The notes below the pieces were generated by a model, which saw nothing but the letters and a program-made list of their open reading frames with translations, was not told the DNA's origin and did no database searches. This document shows positions 10,904 to 21,222 of a stretch of DNA of 64,000 nt, piece after piece. The translations under genes and the position numbers were made by a program. Position 1 is the stretch's first letter; the number at the start of each line of letters is the position of its first letter. Origin of the DNA: an uncultured Oscillospiraceae bacterium (lineage in GTDB: Bacteria; Bacillota; Clostridia; Oscillospirales; Acutalibacteraceae); assembly GCA_900542375.1 (NCBI GenBank), contig UQNI01000001.1, forward strand, positions 2,821 through 66,820. Direction: 5' to 3'.

Positions 10904-10935
10904 AAATGGGCAGTCGGATGACCGAACTGCCCATT
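10904..10935 (+). terminator. Strong hairpin, probable lysS terminator
   Basis: AAATGGGCAGTCGG-atga-CCGAACTGCCCATTT. Confidence 0.65.
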
Positions 10936-11169
10936 TGTATTATTGGTACGAAATAAGTCGACTTTTTACAGGCAGCTATATGAACGGGACAATTTATATA
11001 CAGCGTAGCTTCACCTTAAAAAAGCGGTAATGTAAGCCCTGAACATTTAAGAAATTCTGTGAAATGGCAGTGAGAGTAAAAAAGAGTGAAAGGCATTATT
11101 CCAATTAATCATTGTCTTTTCTTTGAGTTGTAAATACGCGACTCTTTGATGTTGTCACTTTGCTATTGG

Positions 11170-11198
11170 TTGACATTTATTTCTCAAATTGATATAAT
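11170..11198 (+). promoter_or_regulatory. Sigma-A-type promoter for the O-antigen-ligase-family gene
   Basis: TTGACA-17 nt-TATAAT, ~90 nt upstream of the ATG. Confidence 0.5.
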
Positions 11199-11290
11199 AT
11201 CTAAGCGTATTTTCATTATGTAATTTTGTCGTAAAATTTCTTTTACAAAGTAATTTTATGATTTTTATGAAAGGCAATGGGATATAAAAA

Positions 11291-12766
11291 ATGGAAACTT
11301 TATATAGAAAAACCGAAAAGCCTGTTTTAGTTTTAGAGTTAATTTTTAAGCTTTTATTTATTACTTATGGATTTTTGCAGGCAAGTTCTATCACATTCGG
11401 CAATAAAATTATTTCCGTTGTTCTTTGGCCGACCATAGCGCTTGGCGGCTTACTCATTCTTTACAGATTTTTATTCTTTAAAAAATATAAAGATTCGACC
11501 GGCATATATATTTTAATCTTTTTTGCGGTCAGTTATGCCATTTCATCAATTTTTATGAGGCAATACGGCGTATCTGAGAACTTTCGCTATCTTGTATTTC
11601 TGACTTTACAGTTCGGCATGCTTTATGCTTACAAAAATGGAGACTGTGTTGACAAGGTTAAAAAGCATTTTCAAATTTGCATGCAGTATGTTTGTTTGGT
11701 TACAGCGGTGTTGGCATTAACCAGTTTTGTATTGATGTTTTCGGGTTATAACAAAGCGTTTGTTTCGCTCGACAATCCAGAGGCTCCGCCTTATTACATA
11801 GGTTTTGCAAATGGACGTCTTTACGGAGCTTATTGGGATCCCAATATCGGTGCGTTAACAGCAGTTGTTGTTATCTTATTATCAGTATATTTCATCATTA
11901 AACATAAGCATTGGGTGCTGAAAACTTTGCATGCATTGAATTTGACACTTCAGGTGTGTTATGTGGCTTTTTCAGACTCCAGAACCGGCAGAGTAGCACT
12001 TTTGACATCAGTATTTTGTTTATCTGTTTTCTTATTGCTGAAAAAGGTAAACATAAAAAAGCTTGCGTTAAAAGTTGTGTGTATCATCGCGGCGTCGCTT
12101 GTCATTGCTGTTGCTGCTTATGAATTGCCTGCGGGAATTCAATCGGGTTACAATTTAACCGTGCAAAGTATGATGAAAGATGATGGTAATGTAGATTCCC
12201 CTGATAAGCCGAACTCACTGGTAATTGAGCGTGGCGGTGAACTTGAGACTGACCCGTCAAACAGACGTTTTGACATTTGGGAAAGCGCTGTCGACATATT
12301 CAAATCATCACCAATTTACGGCGCTTCTCGTGGAAACCTTTTGAAGTATGTAGAAGCTGAATTGCCGACATCTTACCTTATTACAAATGATTATATTCAT
12401 TTTTCAAGTATGCATAATGTGTTCTTTGAAATTTTAGCAAGCCAGGGTATTTTAGGTATTGTTCCATTTTTGGCATTTGCACTTTTAATCGTAATACATC
12501 TATTCAGAAACAGAAAATTATTATTTGAAAGTGAAGAATTCAGTGCATTTGCGGCTATTTTGGCATGTATGGTTGCTGTTTGCACAGCAAGCATGTTTAT
12601 CATTGAAATTGTATATGTCGTATCTCCGGCATCGTCGGTGTTCTGGATTGGTTTGGGTTACATGAACAAATTTATTTCAAGCAAAAATGGTGATGTGTCG
12701 TTCATAAAGAAATGGTTTCAAAAGAAAAAGTCTGAAATCAAAAAATCTGAAACCCAAAAGTCGTGA
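11291..12766 (+). CDS. O-antigen ligase / Wzy_C-family polytopic membrane protein
   Basis: About 10-12 TM helices, a large external loop, and the Wzy_C-type motif MHNVFFEILASQGILGIVPFLAF. Confidence 0.8.
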   Translation: METLYRKTEKPVLVLELIFKLLFITYGFLQASSITFGNKIISVVLWPTIALGGLLILYRFLFFKKYKDSTGIYILIFFAVSYAISSIFMRQYGVSENFRYLVFLTLQFGMLYAYKNGDCVDKVKKHFQICMQYVCLVTAVLALTSFVLMFSGYNKAFVSLDNPEAPPYYIGFANGRLYGAYWDPNIGALTAVVVILLSVYFIIKHKHWVLKTLHALNLTLQVCYVAFSDSRTGRVALLTSVFCLSVFLLLKKVNIKKLALKVVCIIAASLVIAVAAYELPAGIQSGYNLTVQSMMKDDGNVDSPDKPNSLVIERGGELETDPSNRRFDIWESAVDIFKSSPIYGASRGNLLKYVEAELPTSYLITNDYIHFSSMHNVFFEILASQGILGIVPFLAFALLIVIHLFRNRKLLFESEEFSAFAAILACMVAVCTASMFIIEIVYVVSPASSVFWIGLGYMNKFISSKNGDVSFIKKWFQKKKSEIKKSETQKS

Positions 12767-12918
12767 GCTTTTATGACATAGACATGATGGTGATTTTAGT
12801 TGCTATATGAATGGTTACAAACTACAACATTACGCTACCAAAATATGAAACCTGAATATTTCCGCAATAAAATCAAGAGACTAAATTTCATATAATTAAG
12901 AAAAGAGATGACACAATC

Positions 12919-14574
12919 ATGAGAAGTGATTTAATGAAAGGCGGTCCCAGCCGTGCACCTCAGCGTTCTTTATTGCGTGCATTGGGACTTTCGGACATGG
13001 AGTTGACACGTCCGTTTATTGGTGTGGTTTGTTCTAAGAGTGATTATATTCCGGGTCATAAACACTTGGGAGAAATCGCGGAAGCAGTAAAAGCAGGAAT
13101 TCGCAATGCAGGCGGAGTTCCGTTTGAATTTGAAACCATTGGTGTTTGCGATGGATTGGCAATGGGACATCAAGGTATGAAATATTCTCTATGCTCCCGT
13201 GAATTAATTGCGGACTCTATTGAAGTCATGCTGACAGCTCATCCTTTAGATGCGGTTGTGTTTATTCCAAACTGCGATAAAATTGTACCCGGCATGGTTA
13301 TGGCAGCGTGCCGTTTGAATTTACCAAGTATTTTTGTAAGTGGTGGACCAATGCTTCCGGGCAAACATAAAGATACTCGTTTCGGACTTTCTGAAATGTT
13401 TGAAGCAGTTGGCAGTTATGCGTCCGGAAAAATTGATTTGGACGAATTGACAGATATGGAAAAATCAGCTTGTCCAAGCTGCGGTTCTTGTTCCGGCATG
13501 TATACGGCAAATTCTATGAACTGTTTAACTGAAGCGATAGGATTGGCTTTACCCGGAAATGGCAGCATTCCTGCGGTCATGTCTGCCAGAACTGCACTTG
13601 CAAAGCAAGCAGGTGAACGCATTATGGAATTGCTGAAACAAAATCTTCGTCCAAAAGACATTCTAAATGAAAAAGCATTTGAAAATGCGTTAAGAAGCGA
13701 TATGGCTCTGGGTTGCTCCAGCAATACCGTTTTGCATTTGCTTGCCATTGCATATGAAGCAGGTGTGAATGTAACGATGGATTTGATTGATGAAATCAGC
13801 AAAACAACACCTCAGCTTTGCAAACTAAATCCTGCAAGCGAAGTGTTTATTACGGATTTAAATGAAGTGGGCGGTATTCAATCTGTACTGAAAGAACTTG
13901 CAAAAGCAGGATTGGTACATACGGATATTCCAACAGTCAGTGGTACGGTTGGTGAGAGAATGCAGAATTATCCTGCGGCTGATGGTGAGGTTATTCGTAC
14001 TATTGAAAATGCTTTCCGTAAAGATGGCGGTATTGCTATCTTGAAAGGCAATATTGCACCGGAAGGCGCAGTTGTAAAACAAGGTGCGGTTGCACCTGAA
14101 ATGATGGTTCACAGTGGTCCTGCACGTTGCTTTAACTGTGAAGAGGATGCCTCAGAAGCAATTCTTGGCGGTAAAATTAAAGCAGGTGATGTTGTAATTA
14201 TTCGTTATGAAGGACCAAAAGGCGGTCCTGGTATGCGTGAAATGTTACAGCCAACCGCGGCCATTACAGGTATGGGACTGGGTGCCAGCGTTGCACTGAT
14301 TACAGACGGACGTTTTTCGGGTGCTACCCGAGGCGCTTCTATCGGACACGTTTCTCCTGAAGCTGCAGCAGGCGGTGTAATTGCGTTGATTGAAGATGAC
14401 GACATCGTTGATATCAATATCACAGAACGTAAGCTGGATGTTCGTGTAAGTGAGCAAGAGCTTGCAGAAAGAAAGAAACGTTGGAAAGCTCCAGAAAAAG
14501 AACTGACAGGTTATATCAAACGCTATGCACAGCATGTAACCTCAGGTTCTCGCGGTGCTGTATTCGAAAAATAA
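12919..14574 (+). CDS. ilvD: Dihydroxy-acid dehydratase
   Basis: Full-length IlvD/Edd pattern ([22 protein letters not shown]). Confidence 0.97.
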   Translation: MRSDLMKGGPSRAPQRSLLRALGLSDMELTRPFIGVVCSKSDYIPGHKHLGEIAEAVKAGIRNAGGVPFEFETIGVCDGLAMGHQGMKYSLCSRELIADSIEVMLTAHPLDAVVFIPNCDKIVPGMVMAACRLNLPSIFVSGGPMLPGKHKDTRFGLSEMFEAVGSYASGKIDLDELTDMEKSACPSCGSCSGMYTANSMNCLTEAIGLALPGNGSIPAVMSARTALAKQAGERIMELLKQNLRPKDILNEKAFENALRSDMALGCSSNTVLHLLAIAYEAGVNVTMDLIDEISKTTPQLCKLNPASEVFITDLNEVGGIQSVLKELAKAGLVHTDIPTVSGTVGERMQNYPAADGEVIRTIENAFRKDGGIAILKGNIAPEGAVVKQGAVAPEMMVHSGPARCFNCEEDASEAILGGKIKAGDVVIIRYEGPKGGPGMREMLQPTAAITGMGLGASVALITDGRFSGATRGASIGHVSPEAAAGGVIALIEDDDIVDINITERKLDVRVSEQELAERKKRWKAPEKELTGYIKRYAQHVTSGSRGAVFEK

Positions 14575-14595
14575 AGACACGTATTATTTTGTCGG

Positions 14596-14628
14596 CACAG
14601 TACCCGTAAAACGGTACTGTGTTTTTTT
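14596..14628 (+). terminator. Rho-independent terminator after ilvD
   Basis: CACAGTACC-loop-GGTACTGTG followed by ttttttt. Confidence 0.75.
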
Positions 14629-14704
14629 GTGAAGTTGAAAAAAGATGAAAAAAACAGTATAATAGATAGAAATGATTATGAGTTTGAATGAGGGGGAAAT
14701 AGAA

Positions 14705-15967
14705 ATGGGCATGACCATGACACAAAAAATTCTTGCTGCACATGCCGGGTTGGACTCTGTAAAAGCAGGTCAATTAATTGAAGCCAACTTGGACATTGTA
14801 TTAGGCAATGATATTACAAGCCCAGTTGCAATCAATGAATTTGAAAAATGTGGTGCCAAAGGCGTATTTAATAAAGAAAGAATTGCGCTTGTAATGGACC
14901 ACTTTACACCAAATAAGGATATTAAGGCTGCAGAACAATGCCGTCAGGTAAGAAATTTTGCAGATAAATATGATATTAAGAATTATTTTGATGTAGGGCA
15001 AATGGGCATTGAGCATGCACTTCTCCCTGAGCAAGGGGTTGTAGGTCCGGGCGATGTTATTATTGGCGCGGATTCACACACTTGTACTTATGGCGCTTTA
15101 GGTGCATTTTCCACAGGTGTAGGTTCTACAGATATGGCTTGCGGTATGATAACAGGAAAAGCCTGGTTTAAGGTACCATCTGCAATTAAAGTAGAACTTG
15201 TAGGAAAACTTCAAAAATATGTAAGCGGTAAAGATGTTATTTTGCACTTGATTGGTAAAATTGGCGTAGATGGCGCTTTATACCGTTCTTTAGAGTTTAC
15301 AGGAGAAGGTGTTGCAAGTTTGTCCATGGACGACCGTCTTTGCATTGCAAATATGGCAATTGAAGCAGGCGCCAAAAATGGTATCTTCCCGGTAGATGAT
15401 GTGACACTGGAATATTGTAAAGACAGATGCCAGAGAGAGCCTAGAATTTTTCAGGCAGACGCGGATGCAGAGTACGATGAAACCATTGTAATTGACCTTT
15501 CTGCGTTGCGCCCTACAGTGGCATTTCCTCATTTACCTGAAAATACCAAGACCATTGACGAAATTGGCGAAAACGAAATTAAAATTGACCAAGTAGTAAT
15601 TGGTTCCTGCACCAATGGCAGAATTGAAGACTTGGAAGTGACCGCTGAGATTTTAAAAGGCAAAAAAGTTGCCAAACATGTAAGATGTATCATTATTCCG
15701 GGTACACAGTCCATTTATTTGGAGGCGATTCGCAGAGGTTGGGTAGAAATCTTCATCGAAGCAGGCGCAGTATTTTCTACACCAACATGCGGTCCTTGTC
15801 TGGGCGGACACATGGGCATTCTGGGCAAAGGCGAGCGTGCGGTTTCAACAACAAACCGTAACTTTGTGGGACGTATGGGCCACATCGATTCAGAAATTTA
15901 CTTGTCCAGTCCGGCAGTTGCTGCTGCAAGTGCATTGACCGGTTATATTACAGACCCAACCAAATAA
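14705..15967 (+). CDS. leuC: 3-isopropylmalate dehydratase large subunit (short aconitase-family type)
   Basis: ATG preceded by GAGGGGG. Aconitase motifs GADSHT, GSCTNGR, CGPCLG. Confidence 0.93.
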   Translation: MGMTMTQKILAAHAGLDSVKAGQLIEANLDIVLGNDITSPVAINEFEKCGAKGVFNKERIALVMDHFTPNKDIKAAEQCRQVRNFADKYDIKNYFDVGQMGIEHALLPEQGVVGPGDVIIGADSHTCTYGALGAFSTGVGSTDMACGMITGKAWFKVPSAIKVELVGKLQKYVSGKDVILHLIGKIGVDGALYRSLEFTGEGVASLSMDDRLCIANMAIEAGAKNGIFPVDDVTLEYCKDRCQREPRIFQADADAEYDETIVIDLSALRPTVAFPHLPENTKTIDEIGENEIKIDQVVIGSCTNGRIEDLEVTAEILKGKKVAKHVRCIIIPGTQSIYLEAIRRGWVEIFIEAGAVFSTPTCGPCLGGHMGILGKGERAVSTTNRNFVGRMGHIDSEIYLSSPAVAAASALTGYITDPTK

Positions 15968-15983
15968 AAAGGAGGCTTTCCAT

Positions 15984-16466
15984 ATGAACGCACATGGTAT
16001 TGTACATAAGTATGGCGATAATGTTGATACAGACGTAATTATCCCTGCCCGTTATTTGAATACCGCTTCCCACAGTGAGCTGGCTGCTCATTGTATGGAA
16101 GATATTGATAAGGATTTTGTAAACAAAGTAAAACAAGGCGATATCATTGTTGCCAATAAAAACTTTGGCTGCGGTTCTTCTCGTGAACATGCTCCCATCG
16201 CGATTAAAGCAAGCGGCATTTCTTGTGTAATCGCAAGCACATTTGCACGTATCTTTTATCGCAATTCTATTAATATCGGCCTTGCAATTTTAGAATGTGA
16301 TGAGGCAGCAAAAGATATTAAAGACGGTGATGAAGTAAAAGTAGATTTTGATACAGGTGTAATCGAAAACGTTACTACGGGAAAAACATACCAGGCAGAA
16401 CCATTCCCGCCGTTTATTCAAAATATTATTTCCAAAGGCGGATTACTGAAAAGTATAGGAAAATAA
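15984..16466 (+). CDS. leuD: 3-isopropylmalate dehydratase small subunit
   Basis: [15 protein letters not shown] ... [10 protein letters not shown] swivel-domain pattern. Confidence 0.93.
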   Translation: MNAHGIVHKYGDNVDTDVIIPARYLNTASHSELAAHCMEDIDKDFVNKVKQGDIIVANKNFGCGSSREHAPIAIKASGISCVIASTFARIFYRNSINIGLAILECDEAAKDIKDGDEVKVDFDTGVIENVTTGKTYQAEPFPPFIQNIISKGGLLKSIGK

Positions 16467-16622
16467 TGAGAAGGAGTATTTCTGAAATACATTAGTATTT
16501 TGGTTATACTCTTTTGTTGTTTTATAGACAGAAAAACGGAAAAGCTTTATAAAATATTCATAAATATCAAGCGATTTTCTATTATAATGAAGCTATCAAG
16601 ATACTAAAGAGAGGAATCGGTT

Positions 16623-17315
16623 ATGATGTCGGCAGGTAAAATATTAGTAGTGGATGACGACCAGAATATTTGCGAATTATTGCGTTTATATATTGAAAAA
16701 GAAGGCTTTGAAGTCCGTATTGCCAATGACGGTCGCAAAGCATTGGAGATTTTTGAAGAGCAGAATCCCGATTTGATTATGCTGGATATTATGTTGCCGG
16801 AATTGGACGGTTGGCAGGTGTGCAGAGAAATCAGAAAGAAATCTCAATGTCCTATCATTATGCTGACTGCGAAAGGTGAGGTATTTGATAAAGTACTTGG
16901 CCTTGAATTAGGTGCGGACGACTATGTGGTAAAACCGTTTGAAACCAAAGAAGTAGTTGCCCGCATTAAGGCTGTTTTACGCCGCTACGGAAGCAATGCT
17001 GAGGAGCAGGTAAAAGAAGTGCGTTACGATAAATTAAGCATCAACTTGACCAATTATGAGTTGAAGGTGGATGGTGTGGCAATTGATACACCTCCCAAGG
17101 AGATGGAATTGATTTACCATTTGGCCAGCAATCCCAACCGTGTATTTACTCGTGACCAGCTTTTGGATGAAGTATGGGGATTTGATTATTACGGAGATTC
17201 CCGTACCGTTGACGTGCACGTAAAACGTTTAAGAGAAAAGCTAGAGGGCGTTTCTGATAAATGGGCGCTGAAAACTGTTTGGGGTGTTGGTTACAAATTT
17301 GAGCTGAAAGAATAA
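16623..17315 (+). CDS. OmpR-family response regulator
   Basis: Receiver domain (VVDDD, MLDIMLP, TAK) plus a winged-helix trans_reg_C domain (VWGVGYKF). Confidence 0.92.
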   Translation: MMSAGKILVVDDDQNICELLRLYIEKEGFEVRIANDGRKALEIFEEQNPDLIMLDIMLPELDGWQVCREIRKKSQCPIIMLTAKGEVFDKVLGLELGADDYVVKPFETKEVVARIKAVLRRYGSNAEEQVKEVRYDKLSINLTNYELKVDGVAIDTPPKEMELIYHLASNPNRVFTRDQLLDEVWGFDYYGDSRTVDVHVKRLREKLEGVSDKWALKTVWGVGYKFELKE

Positions 17316-17332
17316 AGAGAGGGCTGTTTTGA

Positions 17333-19000
17333 TTGAAAAAGAGCTTGTTTAAGAAATACTTAAGTGTAACATCTATTATCATTGTGGTTAGCTTTTTATT
17401 CTTAGGCACCGTTATGATTGTATTTATTGCTCGCTACTTCCAGTCTGAAAAGCAGGCGCAGTTAACCCAGAATGCAAAAAGTATGGCAAGCATTGCAGGT
17501 CAAAGCGTTGTTATGATGCAAGATAATCAATACTTAATCGACGGTTCCAGAATGGCTTTATTTATTAAGGCTTTTTCGGAGAATGTGGATGCTGATTTTT
17601 TCTTGGTGGATCAGTCCGGTGCTGAAATGATTTCTACCTACAGCATTGAAGAAGATGAAAATCCCAGTGCAGATATCAAATCCAGGAAAAATATCAGTTC
17701 TGAAGCCATGCAGCAAGCATTATCCGGATATTTTTCCGCTACAGGTACTATGAATGGGTTGTATAGCAGTAATTACTATATTATTGGGGTACCGATTGTT
17801 ACCACCAATTCATCGGGTCAACAAGTGGCGATAGGAGCTGTATTTGCTGCATCTGACCTGAAGGTATTGGATGTATTCAGAGATGAAACCATTAAAATGT
17901 TTTTATTGGCGGCTGTTGCAGCATTTATGGTATCTTTTTGCATTGTTTGGACATTCTCGTACAAATTGGCAAAACCACTGCGAGAAATGGCAATTGCAAC
18001 CAAACACTTTGGAGAAGGAGATTTCTCGGTTCGTGTTCCTGTTGAAAGTCAGGATGAAATTGGAGAGCTGGCATCTGCATTTAACCAAATGGCGGAAACA
18101 TTGGCGGCAGGTGAAAGTATGAGGCGCAATTTTATTGCCAATACTTCTCATGAGCTGAAAACACCTATGACAACCATTGCAGGATTTGTGGATGGTATTC
18201 TGGATGGTACCATTCCCGAAGAAAAACGCAATCATTATTTGAAAATTGTTTCTCAGGAAGTAAAACGTTTGTCCCGTTTGGTAAAGACCATGTTGGATCT
18301 TTCTAAAATTGACAGCGGTGAAATGAAACTGCGCCTTACTCGCTTTGATTTAAGTAATACCGTATTTGTTACGTTGCTATCGTTTGAAAAAGCCATAGAA
18401 GACAAAAAAATAGAAATTCGTGGTTTGGAAACCGCCTCCAGTTTATTTGTAGACGGTGACCCTGATATGATACATCAGGTTTTATATAATTTATTGGAAA
18501 ATGCAGTAAAGTTTACGAATGTAGAAGGTTACATTGACATACGCTTAGCAGAAACCAATGACCGTGTAACAGTCACCATTAAGAACAGTGGTCCGGGTAT
18601 TCCTGCGGATGAAGTGGCTATGATATTTGACCGTTTTTATAAAACGGATAAATCTCGCAGTCAAGATAAAAACGGAATGGGCCTTGGGCTTTATATTGTT
18701 CGTACCATCATCCGTCTGCATGGCGGTGAAATTAGTGTTAGCAGTGTTGAGAATGAATTTTGCCAATTTGAATTTTGGCTGCCTAAGAAGATAAAAGATT
18801 TAAATTCAGATAAAGGAAAAGACAGTAAAGAACCAAAAGACAGCAAGTGGAATAATCCTCTAAAAAGTGATAGCAAGCAAGTAAAAACAGATAAGAAAGC
18901 GAAGAAAAAAGAAGAAGCAGATTCTGCGCCTGAGGTCATTGAAGTGACAGATGTAGAAATTGTAGAAAAACCAAAAGATGACGATGCTGCACTGCATTGA
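17333..19000 (+). CDS. Sensor histidine kinase (2 TM, extracytoplasmic loop, HAMP, HisKA, HATPase_c) with a 71-aa charged C-terminal tail
   Basis: H-box FIANTSHELKTPMTTI, N-box LLENAVKF, G-boxes NSGPGI and GMGLGLYIV. TTG start after GAGAGGG. Confidence 0.9.
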   Translation: MKKSLFKKYLSVTSIIIVVSFLFLGTVMIVFIARYFQSEKQAQLTQNAKSMASIAGQSVVMMQDNQYLIDGSRMALFIKAFSENVDADFFLVDQSGAEMISTYSIEEDENPSADIKSRKNISSEAMQQALSGYFSATGTMNGLYSSNYYIIGVPIVTTNSSGQQVAIGAVFAASDLKVLDVFRDETIKMFLLAAVAAFMVSFCIVWTFSYKLAKPLREMAIATKHFGEGDFSVRVPVESQDEIGELASAFNQMAETLAAGESMRRNFIANTSHELKTPMTTIAGFVDGILDGTIPEEKRNHYLKIVSQEVKRLSRLVKTMLDLSKIDSGEMKLRLTRFDLSNTVFVTLLSFEKAIEDKKIEIRGLETASSLFVDGDPDMIHQVLYNLLENAVKFTNVEGYIDIRLAETNDRVTVTIKNSGPGIPADEVAMIFDRFYKTDKSRSQDKNGMGLGLYIVRTIIRLHGGEISVSSVENEFCQFEFWLPKKIKDLNSDKGKDSKEPKDSKWNNPLKSDSKQVKTDKKAKKKEEADSAPEVIEVTDVEIVEKPKDDDAALH

Positions 19001-19076
19001 TGTGTAATGAACAGTAGGGTAAACATAGTTTTGCCCTACTGTTTGTCATCAGATACTATTGATAAGAGGTGTATAC

Positions 19077-20711
19077 ATGGACGAAAACCGCAATCCGTTT
19101 GATTCTACGCAGTCAAATTCCAATCCGTCTGAGCCACAGCAAACAGGTTCCCATACCACTCCGTCAACGGAATGGCCTCAACAGGGGGCTGCCGGCCAAT
19201 CGGAGAGTGTCTATTACCAATCAGGGCAAGAATATAGGAACACAGAACAGAATCAGCAAGAAAGAAGTTCTGATATCCCGCCGTACCAATGGAACTCTTC
19301 CTATCAGGGAGATTTTTCCGGGAATCGAGAACCGTCCGGGCAGCAAGCTCCACGTGATTCCTATGGGCAGCAATATCCTTACGGAACAGGACAGCCGAAT
19401 TCTTGGAACCAAAATGATAATGGCGGTTCATTTCCCAATTGGAACGGGCAGTATTGGCAAAATGGAGCAGGATTTCAGCCTTCTCCTTCCGGATGGCCTC
19501 CTCAGGAACCCAAACAGAAGATGAGCGTAGGTGTAAAGGTATTTATTGTGATATTGGCTGTTTTGGCAGTCAGCTTTATTGGAGGTTTTGCTGGATTTGG
19601 TATTTATGTGGTGGTTCAGCAGCAAGATGGCACATCATCTGAATCAAGCGATAATCACAGTTCTTCTCAATCTTCCAATGATACTATTGTGGATGAGGAC
19701 ACAGCTGCAAACATTCCTGATAAAACGGACCCGGATTTTCAGGGAATCACGCTTTCATCTGCTGACAGCGAAACACTTACTCCTGAACAAGTGTATGAAA
19801 AAGTATCGGTATCCATGGTCAGCGTTTTGGCGACTTCTATCGGCAATACAACAGAAAGTGGTTCTTCTGTCAGTCAGGGAAGCGGGGTCATTGCAACTTC
19901 CAATGGATATATCATTACAAATGCACATGTAATTAATTATTCCAAATCCGCACAAGTATCTGTTATTACGCATGACCAAAAGCAATATGATGGTATCGTA
20001 GTAGGTCTTGATAAGGATGCCGATTTGGCTGTGATTAAAATTGAAGCGGAAGGTTTAACTCCCGCTGAATTTGGAGATGACAGTAATTTATCTGTAGGAG
20101 AAACCGTGGTTGCGATTGGAAATCCGGGTGGTGTACGTTATTCCGGCTCTATGACCATGGGGGTTGTATCTGCAGTGAATCGCAGTGTAGCAAATTATAG
20201 CAGTACCGGCATTACGTATATACAAACAGATACAGCCATTAATCCGGGCAACTCAGGAGGCGGATTAATCAATATGCGTGGGCAGATTGTTGGAATTAAT
20301 ACCATAAAAGTAGTTTCTTCCGGTTATGAAGGTATGGGATTTTCTATTCCAATCAGTCAAGCAAAGTCTATATTGGACACATTAATCAGAGAAGGTGATA
20401 TACCATCTGTGGGCAGACTGGGTATTACAGGTTCCACTCAATATCTGCCGGTAGATGGTGAAAACTATTCTGTAGCAGGCGGCGTATTGATTGCATCTAT
20501 TGATAGCAGCAGCCCTTTAGCAGACAGCGACTTGGAACAGGGGGATTTGGTTGTAGCATTTAATGGTAATACCATTAAAACACTTGAGGATGTATATACG
20601 CAGTTAAAAGATTATCGTGTGGGGGAAGAAATTACCTTAACCATTCGCAGAATGAATGAAAATGAGGATTTCACATTTGACGTGCAAACTACGATTATGA
20701 ACCGAGATTAA
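19077..20711 (+). CDS. htrA: HtrA/DegP-family serine protease (trypsin domain + PDZ) with a ~150-aa Q/N/P/Y/W-rich N-terminal region before the TM anchor
   Basis: Catalytic motifs TNAHV, DLAVIKI, GNSGGGL. C-terminal PDZ. ATG preceded by AGAGGTG. Confidence 0.9.
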   Translation: MDENRNPFDSTQSNSNPSEPQQTGSHTTPSTEWPQQGAAGQSESVYYQSGQEYRNTEQNQQERSSDIPPYQWNSSYQGDFSGNREPSGQQAPRDSYGQQYPYGTGQPNSWNQNDNGGSFPNWNGQYWQNGAGFQPSPSGWPPQEPKQKMSVGVKVFIVILAVLAVSFIGGFAGFGIYVVVQQQDGTSSESSDNHSSSQSSNDTIVDEDTAANIPDKTDPDFQGITLSSADSETLTPEQVYEKVSVSMVSVLATSIGNTTESGSSVSQGSGVIATSNGYIITNAHVINYSKSAQVSVITHDQKQYDGIVVGLDKDADLAVIKIEAEGLTPAEFGDDSNLSVGETVVAIGNPGGVRYSGSMTMGVVSAVNRSVANYSSTGITYIQTDTAINPGNSGGGLINMRGQIVGINTIKVVSSGYEGMGFSIPISQAKSILDTLIREGDIPSVGRLGITGSTQYLPVDGENYSVAGGVLIASIDSSSPLADSDLEQGDLVVAFNGNTIKTLEDVYTQLKDYRVGEEITLTIRRMNENEDFTFDVQTTIMNRD

Positions 20712-20740
20712 AAACTTTAATATTGTTTAAGCATTTCATA

Positions 20741-20778
20741 AAAGCCGAACTTTCTCAATTGAAAGTTCGGCTTTTTTC
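20741..20778 (+). terminator. Rho-independent terminator after htrA
   Basis: aagccgaactttc-tcaatt-gaaagttcggctt followed by ttttt. Confidence 0.8.
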
Positions 20779-20907
20779 TTTTTTTCGTATTCTGACTCGT
20801 TTTTGAAAAATTTTTTCACATCATATTTCCCTATTTAGGCGAATTTTCCACTCTTTTTTACGGTATAGTGAGGGGGTTTATATAAATAAAAGCATTAGGA
20901 GGACTTT

Positions 20908-21222
20908 ATGGAACATACAGAACAGGAAAAACAGACAAAATTAGTGGAAGGTCTTGAGCGCTTAGCTTTTGGTAATGTAACAGATGCCATTAAACTTTTG
21001 TTTTGTGATGAGTTAAATACCCGCATACTGAATAAATTGGACTTATTCAATATTTCTGAAATTAAGCGACCAAAAGGCGGAGGAATTGAAATCAAATTTT
21101 ATGACCGTTTGAAGGCGCTGCAATGCTTGCAGGAATTATACAATGGTCAGTCAAGTGATACTTCCGGCTTTTACCGTGCTTTGGAGCAAGGTGTGAAAAC
21201 ATTTGAGGAGGATGAATCTTAA
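20908..21222 (+). CDS. Short (104 aa) terminase small-subunit-like protein that appears to lack the usual N-terminal HTH
   Basis: LERLAFGNVTDAIKLL ... ISEIKRPKGGGIEIKFYDRLKALQCLQEL resembles the C-terminal half of P27/Terminase_2 small terminases. Strong RBS AGGAGG 6 nt before the ATG. Sits immediately upstream of terL. Confidence 0.6.
   Translation: MEHTEQEKQTKLVEGLERLAFGNVTDAIKLLFCDELNTRILNKLDLFNISEIKRPKGGGIEIKFYDRLKALQCLQELYNGQSSDTSGFYRALEQGVKTFEEDES

Noticed and set aside
19069-19642. Alternative-frame and antisense ORFs (151, 108, 63, 65 and 67 aa) in the 5' part of htrA
   Set aside because: The low-complexity Q/N/P coding region leaves other frames open. The htrA frame continues into clear protease motifs, while the others have no start context.
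20712-20907. Search for att-type direct repeats or tRNA integration sites flanking the phage-derived cluster (also 30673-30906)
   Set aside because: I could find no shared repeat of 12 bp or more by eye between the two flanks. The tRNA operon is 31 kb away. A proper repeat search is still needed.
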